In this document: positions 17,738 to 28,032 of the stretch, in pieces
Position numbering within the stretch: position 1 is the first letter of the stretch
Layout: the number at the start of each line of letters is the position of its first letter
Virus record (IMG/VR): IMGVR_UViG_3300042198_000079
Location: 32,001 to 96,000 of that record
From: a virus
DNA length: 64,000 nt
Direction: 5' to 3' (one strand)
The notes under the pieces: generated by a model
What the model saw: only the letters and a program-made list of their open reading frames with translations
Told to the model about the DNA's origin: nothing
Database searches by the model: none
Position numbers and translations under genes: made by a program

Positions 17738-20087
17738 TAAAAAACCAAAATCAAAAAAAGTTTCTGAAAAACAAGAAGAAAACGAAGAAGAATCTCATGA
17801 ATTGATCATTCCTGAAAATGATATTTCTATACATGAAGTTTCTAAAATAAAATTTGATGGAGATGATGAATCAAAAGGTCTTCGTCATGGAATGTCTGGT
17901 GTTCCAGCAGCAGGAAAAGCAAAATATAGATTAGACGAAAACGATATGTTGGAATTGATGTTAATCAAAACTGACATTTTTTATTGGTTAGAAAATTATT
18001 ATTATATAACATTTATTCATCCATCTAAAAAAAGCAAAAAAATACAAAATGGCATAGAAGTAGAAATACCAATTAAAGTCACAGAACCAATTGCATTGTA
18101 TAATTTTCAACGTGAAATAATAAGAAAATTTATGAATAAACAGCACATGGTTACTGTTACTTCAAGACAGTTGGGGAAAGACTTGGCTTTAAATACACCA
18201 ATCCCAACTCCTAATGGGTGGACTACGATGGGTGAATTAAAACAAGGAGATGTTATTTTTGACGAAAAAGGAAATCCAACAACTGTTCTTATAACACACC
18301 CTATTAAATACGATGCCGAAACATATAAAATAACATTTAGTACAGGCGAAACCATTATAGCCAATGCCGATCATAATTGGTGGACACAAAGTAAAAAAGA
18401 AAAAAGAAAAAAAATATTAGGTTCTATGAAAACAACAAAACAAATCATAGATAGCAAAGACGAACATAGAATATATTTTCAACCGGATAATGAAGAATTT
18501 ATAAAACAATACAACTACAAAGTAAACAAAAGAAATAAATATATCTATATTACTAACATAGAACCAACAGATTCGGTTCCTATGCGTTGTATTACGGTGG
18601 ATTCGCCAAATAGCCTTTATCTATGTGGTAAGACAATGATTCCTACGCATAACACTACAATACTTGTCGCATTAGCAATTTATCAAGCATGTTTTAATGA
18701 AAAAAATACAGTTTTAGTTTATTCTCACATGGAATCGTCTGCAAAGATGATAGTTGGGAGAATTAAAGAAGCATATAGATTAATGCCAAACCACTTAAAA
18801 CCTGCGGTTAAAACTTGGGGCGCACTGGAAATTGAATTTGAAAATGGTAGCGTTATAAAAGCCGGACCAACTTCAATAAAATCAGGACACGGGGAAACTA
18901 TTGATTTGTTATTGCTTGACGAGTTTGATTATGTTCAGGCAGAAGTTCAAGAAGGGTTTATTTTGGGTATTATGCCCACAATTTCAACTTCCAGAGGAAA
19001 AATATTTATCTGTAGTTCTGCAAATTCTACCAGAGGATATTTTTATAAATATTTCCAACAAGCACAAAAGGGTGATTCCGAATGGAATTGGCACATGGCA
19101 TATTGGTATGACGTTCCGGGTAGAGGTGAAGAATTTAAACAAAAAGCAATATCGGAATGTGCAGGAGATATGAGAATATTTAGAAAAGCATATGAATGTG
19201 ATTTCGGAGCAACAGAAGATGTTGGTGTTGGACTAATGGCAGAACACGGTTTTAATGTTTTAAACAAAAAAAGAAAATCTGAAGCACTAAAGGGATATGA
19301 ATTTTTCGGAGAAGCATGTAAATTTTACGAACATCCGAATCAAGATAATATATATATTATGGGAGTTGATCCTGCTGAAGGAATAGGGGGCGATAATAGT
19401 GTTATTCAAGTTTTCGATTTTACGGATTTAAGCGACATAAAACAAGTAGCAGAATATGCTTATAACAAAATACATCCGTTGGAATTTTCTAATGTCATTT
19501 TAAAAATGGCAAAAATATTTGGAAGTCCTTGGATAGCAATCGAAAGAGACAAATCGGGAGCAATGATAATAGAAAATTTAATTAGAGAACACAAATACCC
19601 TAAACTTGTACATTGGGGTATGAAAAACGACAAGAAAAATTATTATCAAAGATATGGTATAAATTGTCAAGGTAATTCTAAAAAAGTAGCAATTACACAC
19701 ATGAGATATTATTTAGATACGGTTCATGCGGTAACAATTAATTCGCCAGATTGTTTAGACGAATTGATACATTTTAAAAGATTGCCAAACGGAACATGGC
19801 AAGGTGTGGAAAAAAATGATGATAGAATTACAAGTATGATATGGGCATTTAGCACATTACACGAAGAAGTCATAAACCAATGTTTTGAAGTTTTAGATAA
19901 AGATATAAACGGAAAACCATTGAAAGTTAGAGATAAAATAAAAATAAATTCTTGGCAAAAAATAGAATCTGGTAGTTTTTTTAGACCAATACCATCAATT
20001 AAATCAAACAATAATATATTTTCTATACATTCGGAAGATAAAAGATTAAATTATGGGAATTTTTCTGGATGGAAATTGGAAAAATAG
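17730..20087 (+). CDS. gp17: Terminase large subunit gp17 with a mini-intein
   Basis: LYNFQ, SRQLGK|intein|TT, LLLLDEF, YIMGVDPAEGIGGDNS, NDDRITS. Confidence 0.95.
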   Translation: MSNKKPKSKKVSEKQEENEEESHELIIPENDISIHEVSKIKFDGDDESKGLRHGMSGVPAAGKAKYRLDENDMLELMLIKTDIFYWLENYYYITFIHPSKKSKKIQNGIEVEIPIKVTEPIALYNFQREIIRKFMNKQHMVTVTSRQLGKDLALNTPIPTPNGWTTMGELKQGDVIFDEKGNPTTVLITHPIKYDAETYKITFSTGETIIANADHNWWTQSKKEKRKKILGSMKTTKQIIDSKDEHRIYFQPDNEEFIKQYNYKVNKRNKYIYITNIEPTDSVPMRCITVDSPNSLYLCGKTMIPTHNTTILVALAIYQACFNEKNTVLVYSHMESSAKMIVGRIKEAYRLMPNHLKPAVKTWGALEIEFENGSVIKAGPTSIKSGHGETIDLLLLDEFDYVQAEVQEGFILGIMPTISTSRGKIFICSSANSTRGYFYKYFQQAQKGDSEWNWHMAYWYDVPGRGEEFKQKAISECAGDMRIFRKAYECDFGATEDVGVGLMAEHGFNVLNKKRKSEALKGYEFFGEACKFYEHPNQDNIYIMGVDPAEGIGGDNSVIQVFDFTDLSDIKQVAEYAYNKIHPLEFSNVILKMAKIFGSPWIAIERDKSGAMIIENLIREHKYPKLVHWGMKNDKKNYYQRYGINCQGNSKKVAITHMRYYLDTVHAVTINSPDCLDELIHFKRLPNGTWQGVEKNDDRITSMIWAFSTLHEEVINQCFEVLDKDINGKPLKVRDKIKINSWQKIESGSFFRPIPSIKSNNNIFSIHSEDKRLNYGNFSGWKLEK
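18180..18653 (+). mobile_element. Class 3 mini-intein (158 aa, Asp at position 1) in the terminase P-loop
   Basis: DLALNTPIPTPNGWTTMG ... ADHNW ... MRCITV ... IPTHN followed by T; WCT triplet; no endonuclease domain. Confidence 0.9.
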
Positions 20088-20115
20088 TTTATAGTGATAT
20101 AAATAAAAATATAAT

Positions 20116-20832
20116 ATGTCAGATTTAACTCAAAAAGTTCAAAACACTATATTTGGAAATTTTTCTTCCAATAGTCAAAGATTAAACGAATCCGCAAATT
20201 TTTCCGTTGGTAGTAGCGGAAAAGTTGCTAGAAAGAAAAATAGAAAAGTTATGAAAAGAAGAAAAAGCATGAGAGAAAACCGTGGAAATATGGATATGTT
20301 CGATAGAGAGTTGTTACAAATAATGGAAGCATCTGGTGTCGATACTGATGAAGATATGGATTTGGGCTTAGATCCAAATATGAACAGAGGTGGTGAAAGT
20401 CGTTTTTCTGATGATGACAGTGACATGGATTTTGAAGACGAAGGAGATGAAGATTTTGAAGACGAAGGAGATGGGGATTTTGAAGAAGATGATGATTTTG
20501 AAGACGAAGACAGTGATTTAGGAAGCGCACAAGATATATTGGAAAAAATATATTACATGTTAAAAGATCATATCGAAGGCGAAGAAATGGAAGACGATGA
20601 TGAAATGGTTAGAGAATCCATGGAACGTGTGTTAAAAAACACCGGAGGAGAATTAACCGGACACGATTATGCAGAAACCGATTATGTTATTATCAAAGGA
20701 GGAAAAGCATATAAAGTTGCATCTTGCTCATGTGATGGACATCCTGAAGAATTAAGAGGTAAAAAAGCTATAAATTTAGACGATTTGGGTAATGCAGAAA
20801 CTGGTTACGTGAATGTTAAGCATTTATTTTGA
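20116..20832 (+). CDS. Acidic low-complexity prohead core/scaffold-like protein
   Basis: TATAAATA upstream; DFEDEGD repeats; several [LIMV]-x-E sites (LNES, IMEA, VRES) like gp21 cleavage sites. Confidence 0.55.
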   Translation: MSDLTQKVQNTIFGNFSSNSQRLNESANFSVGSSGKVARKKNRKVMKRRKSMRENRGNMDMFDRELLQIMEASGVDTDEDMDLGLDPNMNRGGESRFSDDDSDMDFEDEGDEDFEDEGDGDFEEDDDFEDEDSDLGSAQDILEKIYYMLKDHIEGEEMEDDDEMVRESMERVLKNTGGELTGHDYAETDYVIIKGGKAYKVASCSCDGHPEELRGKKAINLDDLGNAETGYVNVKHLF

Positions 20833-20861
20833 GTGAAATAAATGTTAAAATAAACGCCAAA

Positions 20862-20895
20862 AAAACAGGGTAGAGGTTTTTCTCTACCCTGTTTT
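20862..20895. terminator. Bidirectional intrinsic terminator
   Basis: AAAACAGGGTAGAG / CTCTACCCTGTTTT stem between convergent genes. Confidence 0.85.
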
Positions 20896-20925
20896 ATTTT
20901 GTAGTTTTGTAGTTTTGTTACTTTT

Positions 20926-21261
20926 TTACTTAGAGGCAAATCCCAATTTAATGTCTCCGTAATCTAGAATTGCTTTGTCTTTGCCTTCTAGAAAGCCTTC
21001 TTTAAAGGCATCAGAACTATTTTCGTCAAACATAGGATTTCTATTGTAGGGATTTTCCAATAGGGCATGATACCCTTCTTGATACCCCCTGATGTATTCA
21101 GGATCGAAAAAAACTTCTGGGGTTTCTTCTACTGAATTGTGCATTTCGATTTTTTTATTGTTTTCTAGTTCAGAATCAACAGTAACTAGATTGGATTTTG
21201 CATAAACCAAAACACAAACAAACATTACTGTGGTCGTGAATACGATTAGGGACTTGTTCAT
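20926..21261 (-). CDS. Membrane-anchored or secreted early protein (start MNKSL at 21261)
   Basis: N-terminal hydrophobic helix; Y..GY.EG and F..GF.EG repeats; sigma70-type promoter just upstream. Confidence 0.6.
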   Translation of the reverse strand: MNKSLIVFTTTVMFVCVLVYAKSNLVTVDSELENNKKIEMHNSVEETPEVFFDPEYIRGYQEGYHALLENPYNRNPMFDENSSDAFKEGFLEGKDKAILDYGDIKLGFASK

Positions 21262-21304
21262 ATAAGAGGATATTAGCACTTTTTTCGAGTTTGTCAAGGA
21301 CAAA

Positions 21305-21568
21305 TTATTCAACATTTAAAAAACTTAAAAGATATTCCGGTGGTTCTTCTCCAGTTTCTAAAAAATATAATATTTCCCATTGGGTTTCTTCCATGAATTT
21401 TAAAAAAGGGAACATTTTATTTGAAACTCTTAATGCAAATGCATCATCTCCTTTTTCGTTTGGATCATGAATATTTGAAAATAAATTTAAACCTATTAAA
21501 AATGAAAGTTGTCTTGATTTTTTCAAGAGATCTTGATCTGAGGTTTTCACCAAATCTTTATAGTGCAT
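21305..21568 (-). CDS. Hypothetical early protein
   Basis: ORF preceded by TTGACA-N16-TATATT. Confidence 0.6.
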   Translation of the reverse strand: MHYKDLVKTSDQDLLKKSRQLSFLIGLNLFSNIHDPNEKGDDAFALRVSNKMFPFLKFMEETQWEILYFLETGEEPPEYLLSFLNVE

Positions 21569-21617
21569 ACTAATTACAACTGTAATATATCAAATTTTGA
21601 TATTTTGTCAATACTGA

Positions 21618-22121
21618 TTATTGAAAATATAAATTTTCTGATGAAACTGGTATTTCAACTAAATTTTTTACAAATGGAATCTTTATATGAATTTTTTCAA
21701 ATTTTACAGGAAAATACAATGTAGAACCATTTTCTAATTTTTTATCTTCAATTTCAAAATCCAAAATACATCCTTCCATTACACCTTCTTCTTTTAAGAG
21801 ATCATTTAAAGAAGTTTTAAATGATTCCACATCGTTTGCACAAAATGTTTCTGATCTATATCTGTCTAGATATATTTTCCATATTGCATCTATTTTATTA
21901 GAGAATTCTTTAGTAGAAATTACTGTTGCGTTTTCTGCTGGGGTTTGATCTTTTTCATTATCTATTCCTTGAGATTTTATTTTACACAAACAAGAATCGC
22001 AAATAAAACTTCTTTTTAAGATATTTGTGTTGCTTCTCCAGAAGTTTCTATGTCTATTCCATTCATCCTCATTTAATGAAATGTCGTGTTTACAGCTATT
22101 GCATTTTAATAATCTTTCCAT
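21618..22121 (-). CDS. Zn-finger hypothetical protein
   Basis: CNSC ... CDSC. Confidence 0.6.
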   Translation of the reverse strand: MERLLKCNSCKHDISLNEDEWNRHRNFWRSNTNILKRSFICDSCLCKIKSQGIDNEKDQTPAENATVISTKEFSNKIDAIWKIYLDRYRSETFCANDVESFKTSLNDLLKEEGVMEGCILDFEIEDKKLENGSTLYFPVKFEKIHIKIPFVKNLVEIPVSSENLYFQ

Positions 22122-22122
22122 T

Positions 22123-22500
22123 TTAATCTAAATCGTTATCTATTTTAAACCCAGTAGATGATTCTAATGGAGTCGTAATTCCAAAAGATTTTACTTCAAT
22201 AATAATAGAATTTGGTTCTCCGCATTTTGGATTTTTACAATTAAACATCATTTCTTCGTTTAATTCTATTACTTGATCGGAATTACAAACTTGACATATT
22301 GCACTTAAATTTATATTTCTATATGGAATATTTTTATATTCTTCCATGAATTGTTCAGATGTATCTAGAATATTCTCAGTTTCGATTTTTAAATTTTCAA
22401 AATCTTTTTTTAGAATATCCAATTTGAATAGAGAATATACAATATATGCGATAGACAATATAAAATATATTATAAATAATGTAACGAGTAATGTTGTCAT
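22123..22500 (-). CDS. Membrane protein with zinc ribbon
   Basis: N-terminal TM helix, coiled coil, CQVC ... CKNPKC. Confidence 0.6.
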   Translation of the reverse strand: MTTLLVTLFIIYFILSIAYIVYSLFKLDILKKDFENLKIETENILDTSEQFMEEYKNIPYRNINLSAICQVCNSDQVIELNEEMMFNCKNPKCGEPNSIIIEVKSFGITTPLESSTGFKIDNDLD

Positions 22501-23423
22501 ATTGCTGTGAGGGCATAGAGTATTTCCAATTCGTCTAAATCATTTTTTTTATCGAAAACTTCTTTCCATATAAACGATTTTGATGAAATATGATTATCTA
22601 TCTTTAATGAATTACTTAGTCTTGTAAATTCTTTTTGGTCAAATTTATAAGAAATATTTTTCATTTGTTCCAAATAAGACCGCTCTTCGTCTGGACAATG
22701 TATTTTTGTTTTACTTAAATCTATCAATTCTACATTTTTCAAGATTTTTTCTTGATTTTCTATCGATTGTTTCGGGAACCATTCGTCCCAATTAAAAACG
22801 GCATTTTTAGATTTTACTGGACCGTAATCGTCTAGTCCATCGATATTATCGGAAATATCTCCTTTAACAGCTTTGAATTTAATAAATTGATCAACATTTT
22901 CTAATTTCGTATTAATCATGAAATTTTCATGGTTTACGATTTTCTTTTTCTGGAACAAAAACACAGAAACGTCTTCATTAATAAGTTGAAGCAAATCTTC
23001 GTCTACTGTTAAAACTGTTTTTTTACCCTCTAAAGTTTTACATAAATAATAAATTACATCATCTGCTTCCATGAAGCATGGTTGAATAACCGGAATTCCC
23101 AGAACTTTACAAAATTCAACAACATGATTTAGTATATCATATACCTGTGCTTTTCTAGCATCGTCTTTTCGATTGCCTTTGTATTCGGTCAACAAAGTTT
23201 TTCTATAATTTGTAGTTTTCCCAGAAGAATCTAATTGTTTGTCTAGAGTAAACCAAACTTTATCTGCATTCAAAGATTTGGAATAGTCTCTAATTCTTTT
23301 TAAGACTCTTATTAAGGAGGAATAGTTTTTTCCATCTTTTCCTAGAATTTCATTTTGGTAATTGGAAAAAACAGTGGAATATGCCAATCCATTTCCATCT
23401 ATAATTAGATTATTATTTTTCAT
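22497..23423 (-). CDS. rnh: T4 RNase H / 5'-3' exonuclease
   Basis: LIIDGN, YRKTLLTEYKGNR, EADDVI, TVDEDLLQL, GDISDNIDG. Confidence 0.92.
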   Translation of the reverse strand: MKNNNLIIDGNGLAYSTVFSNYQNEILGKDGKNYSSLIRVLKRIRDYSKSLNADKVWFTLDKQLDSSGKTTNYRKTLLTEYKGNRKDDARKAQVYDILNHVVEFCKVLGIPVIQPCFMEADDVIYYLCKTLEGKKTVLTVDEDLLQLINEDVSVFLFQKKKIVNHENFMINTKLENVDQFIKFKAVKGDISDNIDGLDDYGPVKSKNAVFNWDEWFPKQSIENQEKILKNVELIDLSKTKIHCPDEERSYLEQMKNISYKFDQKEFTRLSNSLKIDNHISSKSFIWKEVFDKKNDLDELEILYALTAI

Positions 23424-23429
23424 AGATGT

Positions 23430-23457
23430 ATTATATTCAAAAATCTAATATTGTCAA
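23430..23457 (-). promoter_or_regulatory. Sigma70-type promoter TTGACA-N16-TATAAT, 6 nt before the rnh ATG (leaderless)
   Basis: Exact consensus hexamers on the minus strand. Confidence 0.8.
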
Positions 23458-23484
23458 TAAAAAAAATTTAGTATAATTAAATAT

Positions 23485-24237
23485 ATGACAGAAAAAGACA
23501 CCGGAGAGGCTCATCATAAAAAAAAGGACAATTGGAGATACGGGAGAAATTTATATTCCGATATTCGAAATTTAACATCTAGAACTAGTCAATTAGATAT
23601 TGAAAAAAGTATTGACATTTTAATTGAGAAAACATTATTAGTTAAAAAACCCGGCCAAATAAAACAAATATATACAGCATGGGATACTGTTTCTAATGAT
23701 AATAGAATTAAGCCGTATTTAGAACAAAAATATCCAGAAATATTAAAAAGACCAGCATCAAGTGCTTCAACAGATACCGTAAATTCAAAAAATATTCCAG
23801 CAAAAATAAGAGGACAAGCTGGAGTTGTTAAAGAAGTTTCAACTAAACAAAAAAAACAATTTAATAATAAATGGTTTGAAGTTACTTTAAATAATTTATC
23901 TACTGCTGGTTCTATAATGGAATTAATGAATATGTCAGATGCAGACTGGGACGGTTCTTGTGCCCAACTAGGACTAGAAGTTGCACACGGTTTATTTGGA
24001 AAAAAAGATGTAAATGGTGTTGGTTTATGGGATTCGTTTAAAGAATTATTTAAAAAAGACGAAGAACAAGAAAATCAACAAAAACCTTTAACAAAACAAT
24101 CGAGATCAGAAGAAGGAACAGAGGTAGTGTATGAAAATGTTAATAGTGAAGTTGTGATGATTGCTACCTCGAACGGGACACTCATGGGAAAAACAGTATC
24201 AGAAGCAGAAAAGAGTAGTAGTTCTGAATTAATCTGA
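23485..24237 (+). CDS. Hypothetical protein, probably baseplate-associated
   Basis: ORF directly upstream of the gp5-like gene; assignment is positional only. Confidence 0.5.
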   Translation: MTEKDTGEAHHKKKDNWRYGRNLYSDIRNLTSRTSQLDIEKSIDILIEKTLLVKKPGQIKQIYTAWDTVSNDNRIKPYLEQKYPEILKRPASSASTDTVNSKNIPAKIRGQAGVVKEVSTKQKKQFNNKWFEVTLNNLSTAGSIMELMNMSDADWDGSCAQLGLEVAHGLFGKKDVNGVGLWDSFKELFKKDEEQENQQKPLTKQSRSEEGTEVVYENVNSEVVMIATSNGTLMGKTVSEAEKSSSSELI

Positions 24238-24295
24238 AATTGAATGCTCCAAGTGATAATCCAACATTTGAACCATCTAATGAACAATAAACAAT

Positions 24296-27200
24296 ATGAA
24301 ATCTAATAAAAAATGGCCATGTATAGGAAGAGTTATACAAGCTAACTTAAACGGAACGGTAAATGTTGCAATTCCCGGTTGGAACATGGGAAATGGTCCT
24401 GAAGAAACTGCTTTGTTTTATTCTGAATGGACAACAGATCCAAGAACCATGAAAGCTTGGCAAGATATAATTGCTACCGGAAATTCGCTTGCATTTGTTA
24501 TGTCTCCTTTAAACGGAGGGGCAGGACCATCATATTATGGAACATCTGGTGGTGGTTATAGTGCCGATCCTAATAGTGATTATAGAGCACGGAACGGAGG
24601 AGACCCATTTTCTAATACAAATGGCGATCCCGGAATGCCAACAGATGCTAATGGTAATATATTAATAGAAGATTTTTATGCGGCAGCATTACAAAAAATT
24701 CAAAATTCTTCATTAAATGGGTTTTCGCCAGAAGATGGTGGAAATTACGGTATAAACGGAACTCCACAATCATGGGCATCTTTTATGACAAGAATGGCAT
24801 GGGCGGAATCTGGTACCACTATCGGAAATAAAGGATATGTTAGACCGTACATTGTTGGTGATGAGGGTAGATCTTATGGTGTTTTACAATTTGGTATAGG
24901 CCAAGGAAACACTGGAATAACACCACAAAATTGGAGAAACGCCCCTAGCCAAATTGATGCTTTTATACGATTTACAGAATCATGGGTTAAAAATGATAGT
25001 AAGTATATAAATCCTCCTTTTCCAGTTAAAGCAAAACGATATAAAGGTTGGGGAGGACTTGGATCGACATTTGGGCCGATACGAACAAATGTCGTAAATA
25101 CAAAACCGTTACCTCCAAACTACAAACAAAGAGGAGAATATGCAGATGTAGTAGCACAAAGTACAGAAAATAATAGAAAGTCTAGACTTACATATGACAA
25201 TAATCAAACGGAAACAGAAAAATATTTTTCTGATTTGGCTAACAATAAGGCCTCTTGCAACGAAAGTAATTGTGGAGAAGCAATAGGAGAACAGTTTTTC
25301 ATAAAACCGGGAGACGTTTATAGTCATAATAAAATATACGATGCTAAATTTGATACTTCTAGCGACACTAGAGCTTCGTCTTCATATGATGAAACACGAT
25401 TAAAAAAATTACTGGATGGTTCAGATCAATTTATAATTTTTAGAAGAACATTAGAAAATTCTAATGATCACGGAGTATTTAAAACCGGAAGAGTTATATC
25501 AAGCGGAACTTTTGACGGAAAACCTTGGGTAAAGATAAGAGCAGTTGGTGCCTATCAAGGAAATGGTAAACTTTATACTTCGCGAGACAGAGTATTAACA
25601 ACAGCAAGAGGATATGGGGGTCAAAGTGTTCCGGGTGTAGGCAATGTATATACTCTTGAAAGAGTTCATAATTTCTCAGATATAAAACCAAATAGATTAA
25701 ACTATCCGAATACTTATAGCGCAAAAGCAGAACCGTCAATAGAAAGTGCCAATTCAACTTCTAATTCTTCCGGTCCAACCCCAATGTCACCAAACTTTGC
25801 GGCGCATGTTGAACATTTCCCGGCAGCAAATGGATCATTTTCCCTTCCTTCGTTGGGGTCATATGTTATTTTAAATTTATTAGACGGTATGACAATTCCT
25901 ATAGTCATGGGATATTTCATGGGAGCAGCAGAATCTACAAATGTTCTTGGAAGTTTTCCAGTAAATGAAACAGATGGAACTCCAGCAGGTGTTGCTGTGG
26001 AATCAAATCAATTAGCAAATGATAATTTATTTGCTTCGCCCGCATTCAATACAAATGTTCTTGGAAGTTTTCTAGTAAATGAAACAGATGGAACTTCAGC
26101 AGGTGTTGCTTCGGAATCAAATCAATTAGCAAATAATACTTTATTTGCTCCGCCCGAATTCTATACAAATGAAGCGCTGTATACGAGTGCAACGAGTTCT
26201 TTTTCTGATTATCTTGTAATAGATTATAATCAACGGAACGTAGGTACTACCAACGGAAACCATATATTATATAATACGCTAAAAGGTTTTTTTTCTTTCA
26301 GTGGCATAACAGGAGAAGAAAAAATGATTTTGAAAGGTGCGCTCCAAAATATTCTAAGATTAGATAACGATGGATGGCAGCAATATGCTCAAAATTATTT
26401 TTCTAGAGTTCCCGGTCTTGCAAATAGCACATTCGGAACAATATATGAAAATATAAAAAACTCAAAAAATACTAGTAACGAAGGATTTTCTACAAACGAA
26501 TCTTCTAACAGAATAGCACATATTGCACAACAAACAATGTTAGATATTTATGCACAGGCACATCAAATTGCTTCTCAATTTGATATTAATCGTTTAAATG
26601 GGCAACATCCAGATTGTCCAGTATGTAAAAAAGGAACATATCAAAGTGAATCTTTTACTTCTGTGGGAGGAATTTCTTCGTTCCCGCCTCAAGCAAGTTC
26701 TTCTGGAGAAGTGAATAGTGGTCTTATTAACAGCGTAATAAAATTTGGATACAAAATCTTTAAACCAGATACCGCAGGATGTTATACTTGTAGAGGTACT
26801 GGACGTTCTCCTGCATCCGAAGGCGGAAGATACCCTAATATGGTATCTCAAAAACAAAAAGATATGGAAAAAATTTATGAAGACAATAAAGAAATTTTAA
26901 AACAAATGAGAGATACAATTAATAACAGTGGGGGACATGGAAATTATGCACATGCTGGAAATATATATATTGGATCAGGACTTGCTTCTTTTGATTTTGA
27001 TTTCCCCTCGTTTAGAGTTGACGAAGTAGGTAAATTATCTGTTGTGGGTTTAACTTCAGGAATAAATGGATTAAATCCGAATGCTATTGCTGTTCCTTTA
27101 GTAGAACCTGTTGAGGTTCCTGATCCGGGCTTCGGAAATGTAAGTATAGTTGGTAATAGAAGCATTTCTATTAATTCTGGATCTGGCGGATTCAATTTAT

Positions 27201-28018
27201 CTACAACTGGAAACGTAAATCAAATCGGAGCAATTTACAAAGCAGATTATGTGTCTGCTTCTTTTACTGGAAAAAAGGGAATTATGGTAGATGGGGGGTC
27301 TGGCGGAACTATTATTAGAGGTGATAATATAAAATTAAGCCCTTCTGATAATGGTAAAATTGGTGGTAAACATGTTATGATAGATGGACATGCGTCTGTA
27401 AATGACAATTTACTTGTTGCTGGAGGGGCAGCAATCAACGGAAATTTATCAGTTCAGTCAATGACCATGCCCGGAAAAGTAGCAATGACAGAATATGAAT
27501 ATGATCCAACTAATCCAAAAGAAGCAAATCCAACCAGAGGTGTAATAAATGGAATGGTTCAATCCCCATTAGCTACTGGTTTTATAAAAATATATAATAC
27601 GCCAGAAGCTGCTGTTGCTGGCAAACCAACGGGGGCACCATTAGTAATTATGGAAGGAGCAGAATATTATTTTCGCATAGAAGAAGCAAGAATGAAAATA
27701 GAACCAGTTGGAGGAGAAACTGAAGGAGATTATCCCGTTATTATGCAACCACACGCACATCCAATGATTGTTCCTAATATCGATATTGTTAAAGGACCAA
27801 GAAAAGTTCCGGTTCTTTTGGCAGATGGAAGTTATAAAGAAACAGAATTAAGCCCAACTCAAGCAGTTTATGCTGCTGGCATGGTCGATTCTAATAACGG
27901 AAGACTTGTTGCATATTCAACTCCCAGTTCACTATTGCCATATTCACTACATCAAAAAACATCAGGAGACGAAAAATTTGATACTACTGGTGGACCATCT
28001 TTTAGCGTTGCAGTATAA
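24296..28018 (+). CDS. Baseplate hub/spike gp5-like protein with lysozyme/SLT-like insert, CxxC zinc finger and beta-helix C-terminus
   Basis: N-terminal OB-like IGRVI..N..GTVNVAIP resumes at GSFSLPSLGSYVILNLLDG..IPIVMGY; MAWAESG...GDEGRSYGVLQF; CPVC..CYTCRGTG; Gly/Ser-rich beta repeats; HAH near the tip. Confidence 0.7.
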   Translation: MKSNKKWPCIGRVIQANLNGTVNVAIPGWNMGNGPEETALFYSEWTTDPRTMKAWQDIIATGNSLAFVMSPLNGGAGPSYYGTSGGGYSADPNSDYRARNGGDPFSNTNGDPGMPTDANGNILIEDFYAAALQKIQNSSLNGFSPEDGGNYGINGTPQSWASFMTRMAWAESGTTIGNKGYVRPYIVGDEGRSYGVLQFGIGQGNTGITPQNWRNAPSQIDAFIRFTESWVKNDSKYINPPFPVKAKRYKGWGGLGSTFGPIRTNVVNTKPLPPNYKQRGEYADVVAQSTENNRKSRLTYDNNQTETEKYFSDLANNKASCNESNCGEAIGEQFFIKPGDVYSHNKIYDAKFDTSSDTRASSSYDETRLKKLLDGSDQFIIFRRTLENSNDHGVFKTGRVISSGTFDGKPWVKIRAVGAYQGNGKLYTSRDRVLTTARGYGGQSVPGVGNVYTLERVHNFSDIKPNRLNYPNTYSAKAEPSIESANSTSNSSGPTPMSPNFAAHVEHFPAANGSFSLPSLGSYVILNLLDGMTIPIVMGYFMGAAESTNVLGSFPVNETDGTPAGVAVESNQLANDNLFASPAFNTNVLGSFLVNETDGTSAGVASESNQLANNTLFAPPEFYTNEALYTSATSSFSDYLVIDYNQRNVGTTNGNHILYNTLKGFFSFSGITGEEKMILKGALQNILRLDNDGWQQYAQNYFSRVPGLANSTFGTIYENIKNSKNTSNEGFSTNESSNRIAHIAQQTMLDIYAQAHQIASQFDINRLNGQHPDCPVCKKGTYQSESFTSVGGISSFPPQASSSGEVNSGLINSVIKFGYKIFKPDTAGCYTCRGTGRSPASEGGRYPNMVSQKQKDMEKIYEDNKEILKQMRDTINNSGGHGNYAHAGNIYIGSGLASFDFDFPSFRVDEVGKLSVVGLTSGINGLNPNAIAVPLVEPVEVPDPGFGNVSIVGNRSISINSGSGGFNLSTTGNVNQIGAIYKADYVSASFTGKKGIMVDGGSGGTIIRGDNIKLSPSDNGKIGGKHVMIDGHASVNDNLLVAGGAAINGNLSVQSMTMPGKVAMTEYEYDPTNPKEANPTRGVINGMVQSPLATGFIKIYNTPEAAVAGKPTGAPLVIMEGAEYYFRIEEARMKIEPVGGETEGDYPVIMQPHAHPMIVPNIDIVKGPRKVPVLLADGSYKETELSPTQAVYAAGMVDSNNGRLVAYSTPSSLLPYSLHQKTSGDEKFDTTGGPSFSVAV
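25937..26164 (+). repeat. 114-nt (38-aa) tandem duplication in the gp5-like gene
   Basis: TNVLGSFPVNETDGTPAGVAVESNQLANDNLFASPAFN versus TNVLGSFLVNETDGTSAGVASESNQLANNTLFAPPEFY. Confidence 0.95.
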
Positions 28019-28032
28019 ATAAAATTATCAAT

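Noticed and set aside
24226-24290. Possible -1 frameshift extension of ORF 23485-24237 (NLKLNAPSDNPTFEPSNEQ)
   Set aside because: No slippery heptamer, and a ~19-codon open stretch can arise by chance.
25937-26164. DGR template/variable repeat pair
   Set aside because: The copies are adjacent, in frame and differ at non-adenine positions; no reverse transcriptase is present in the window.
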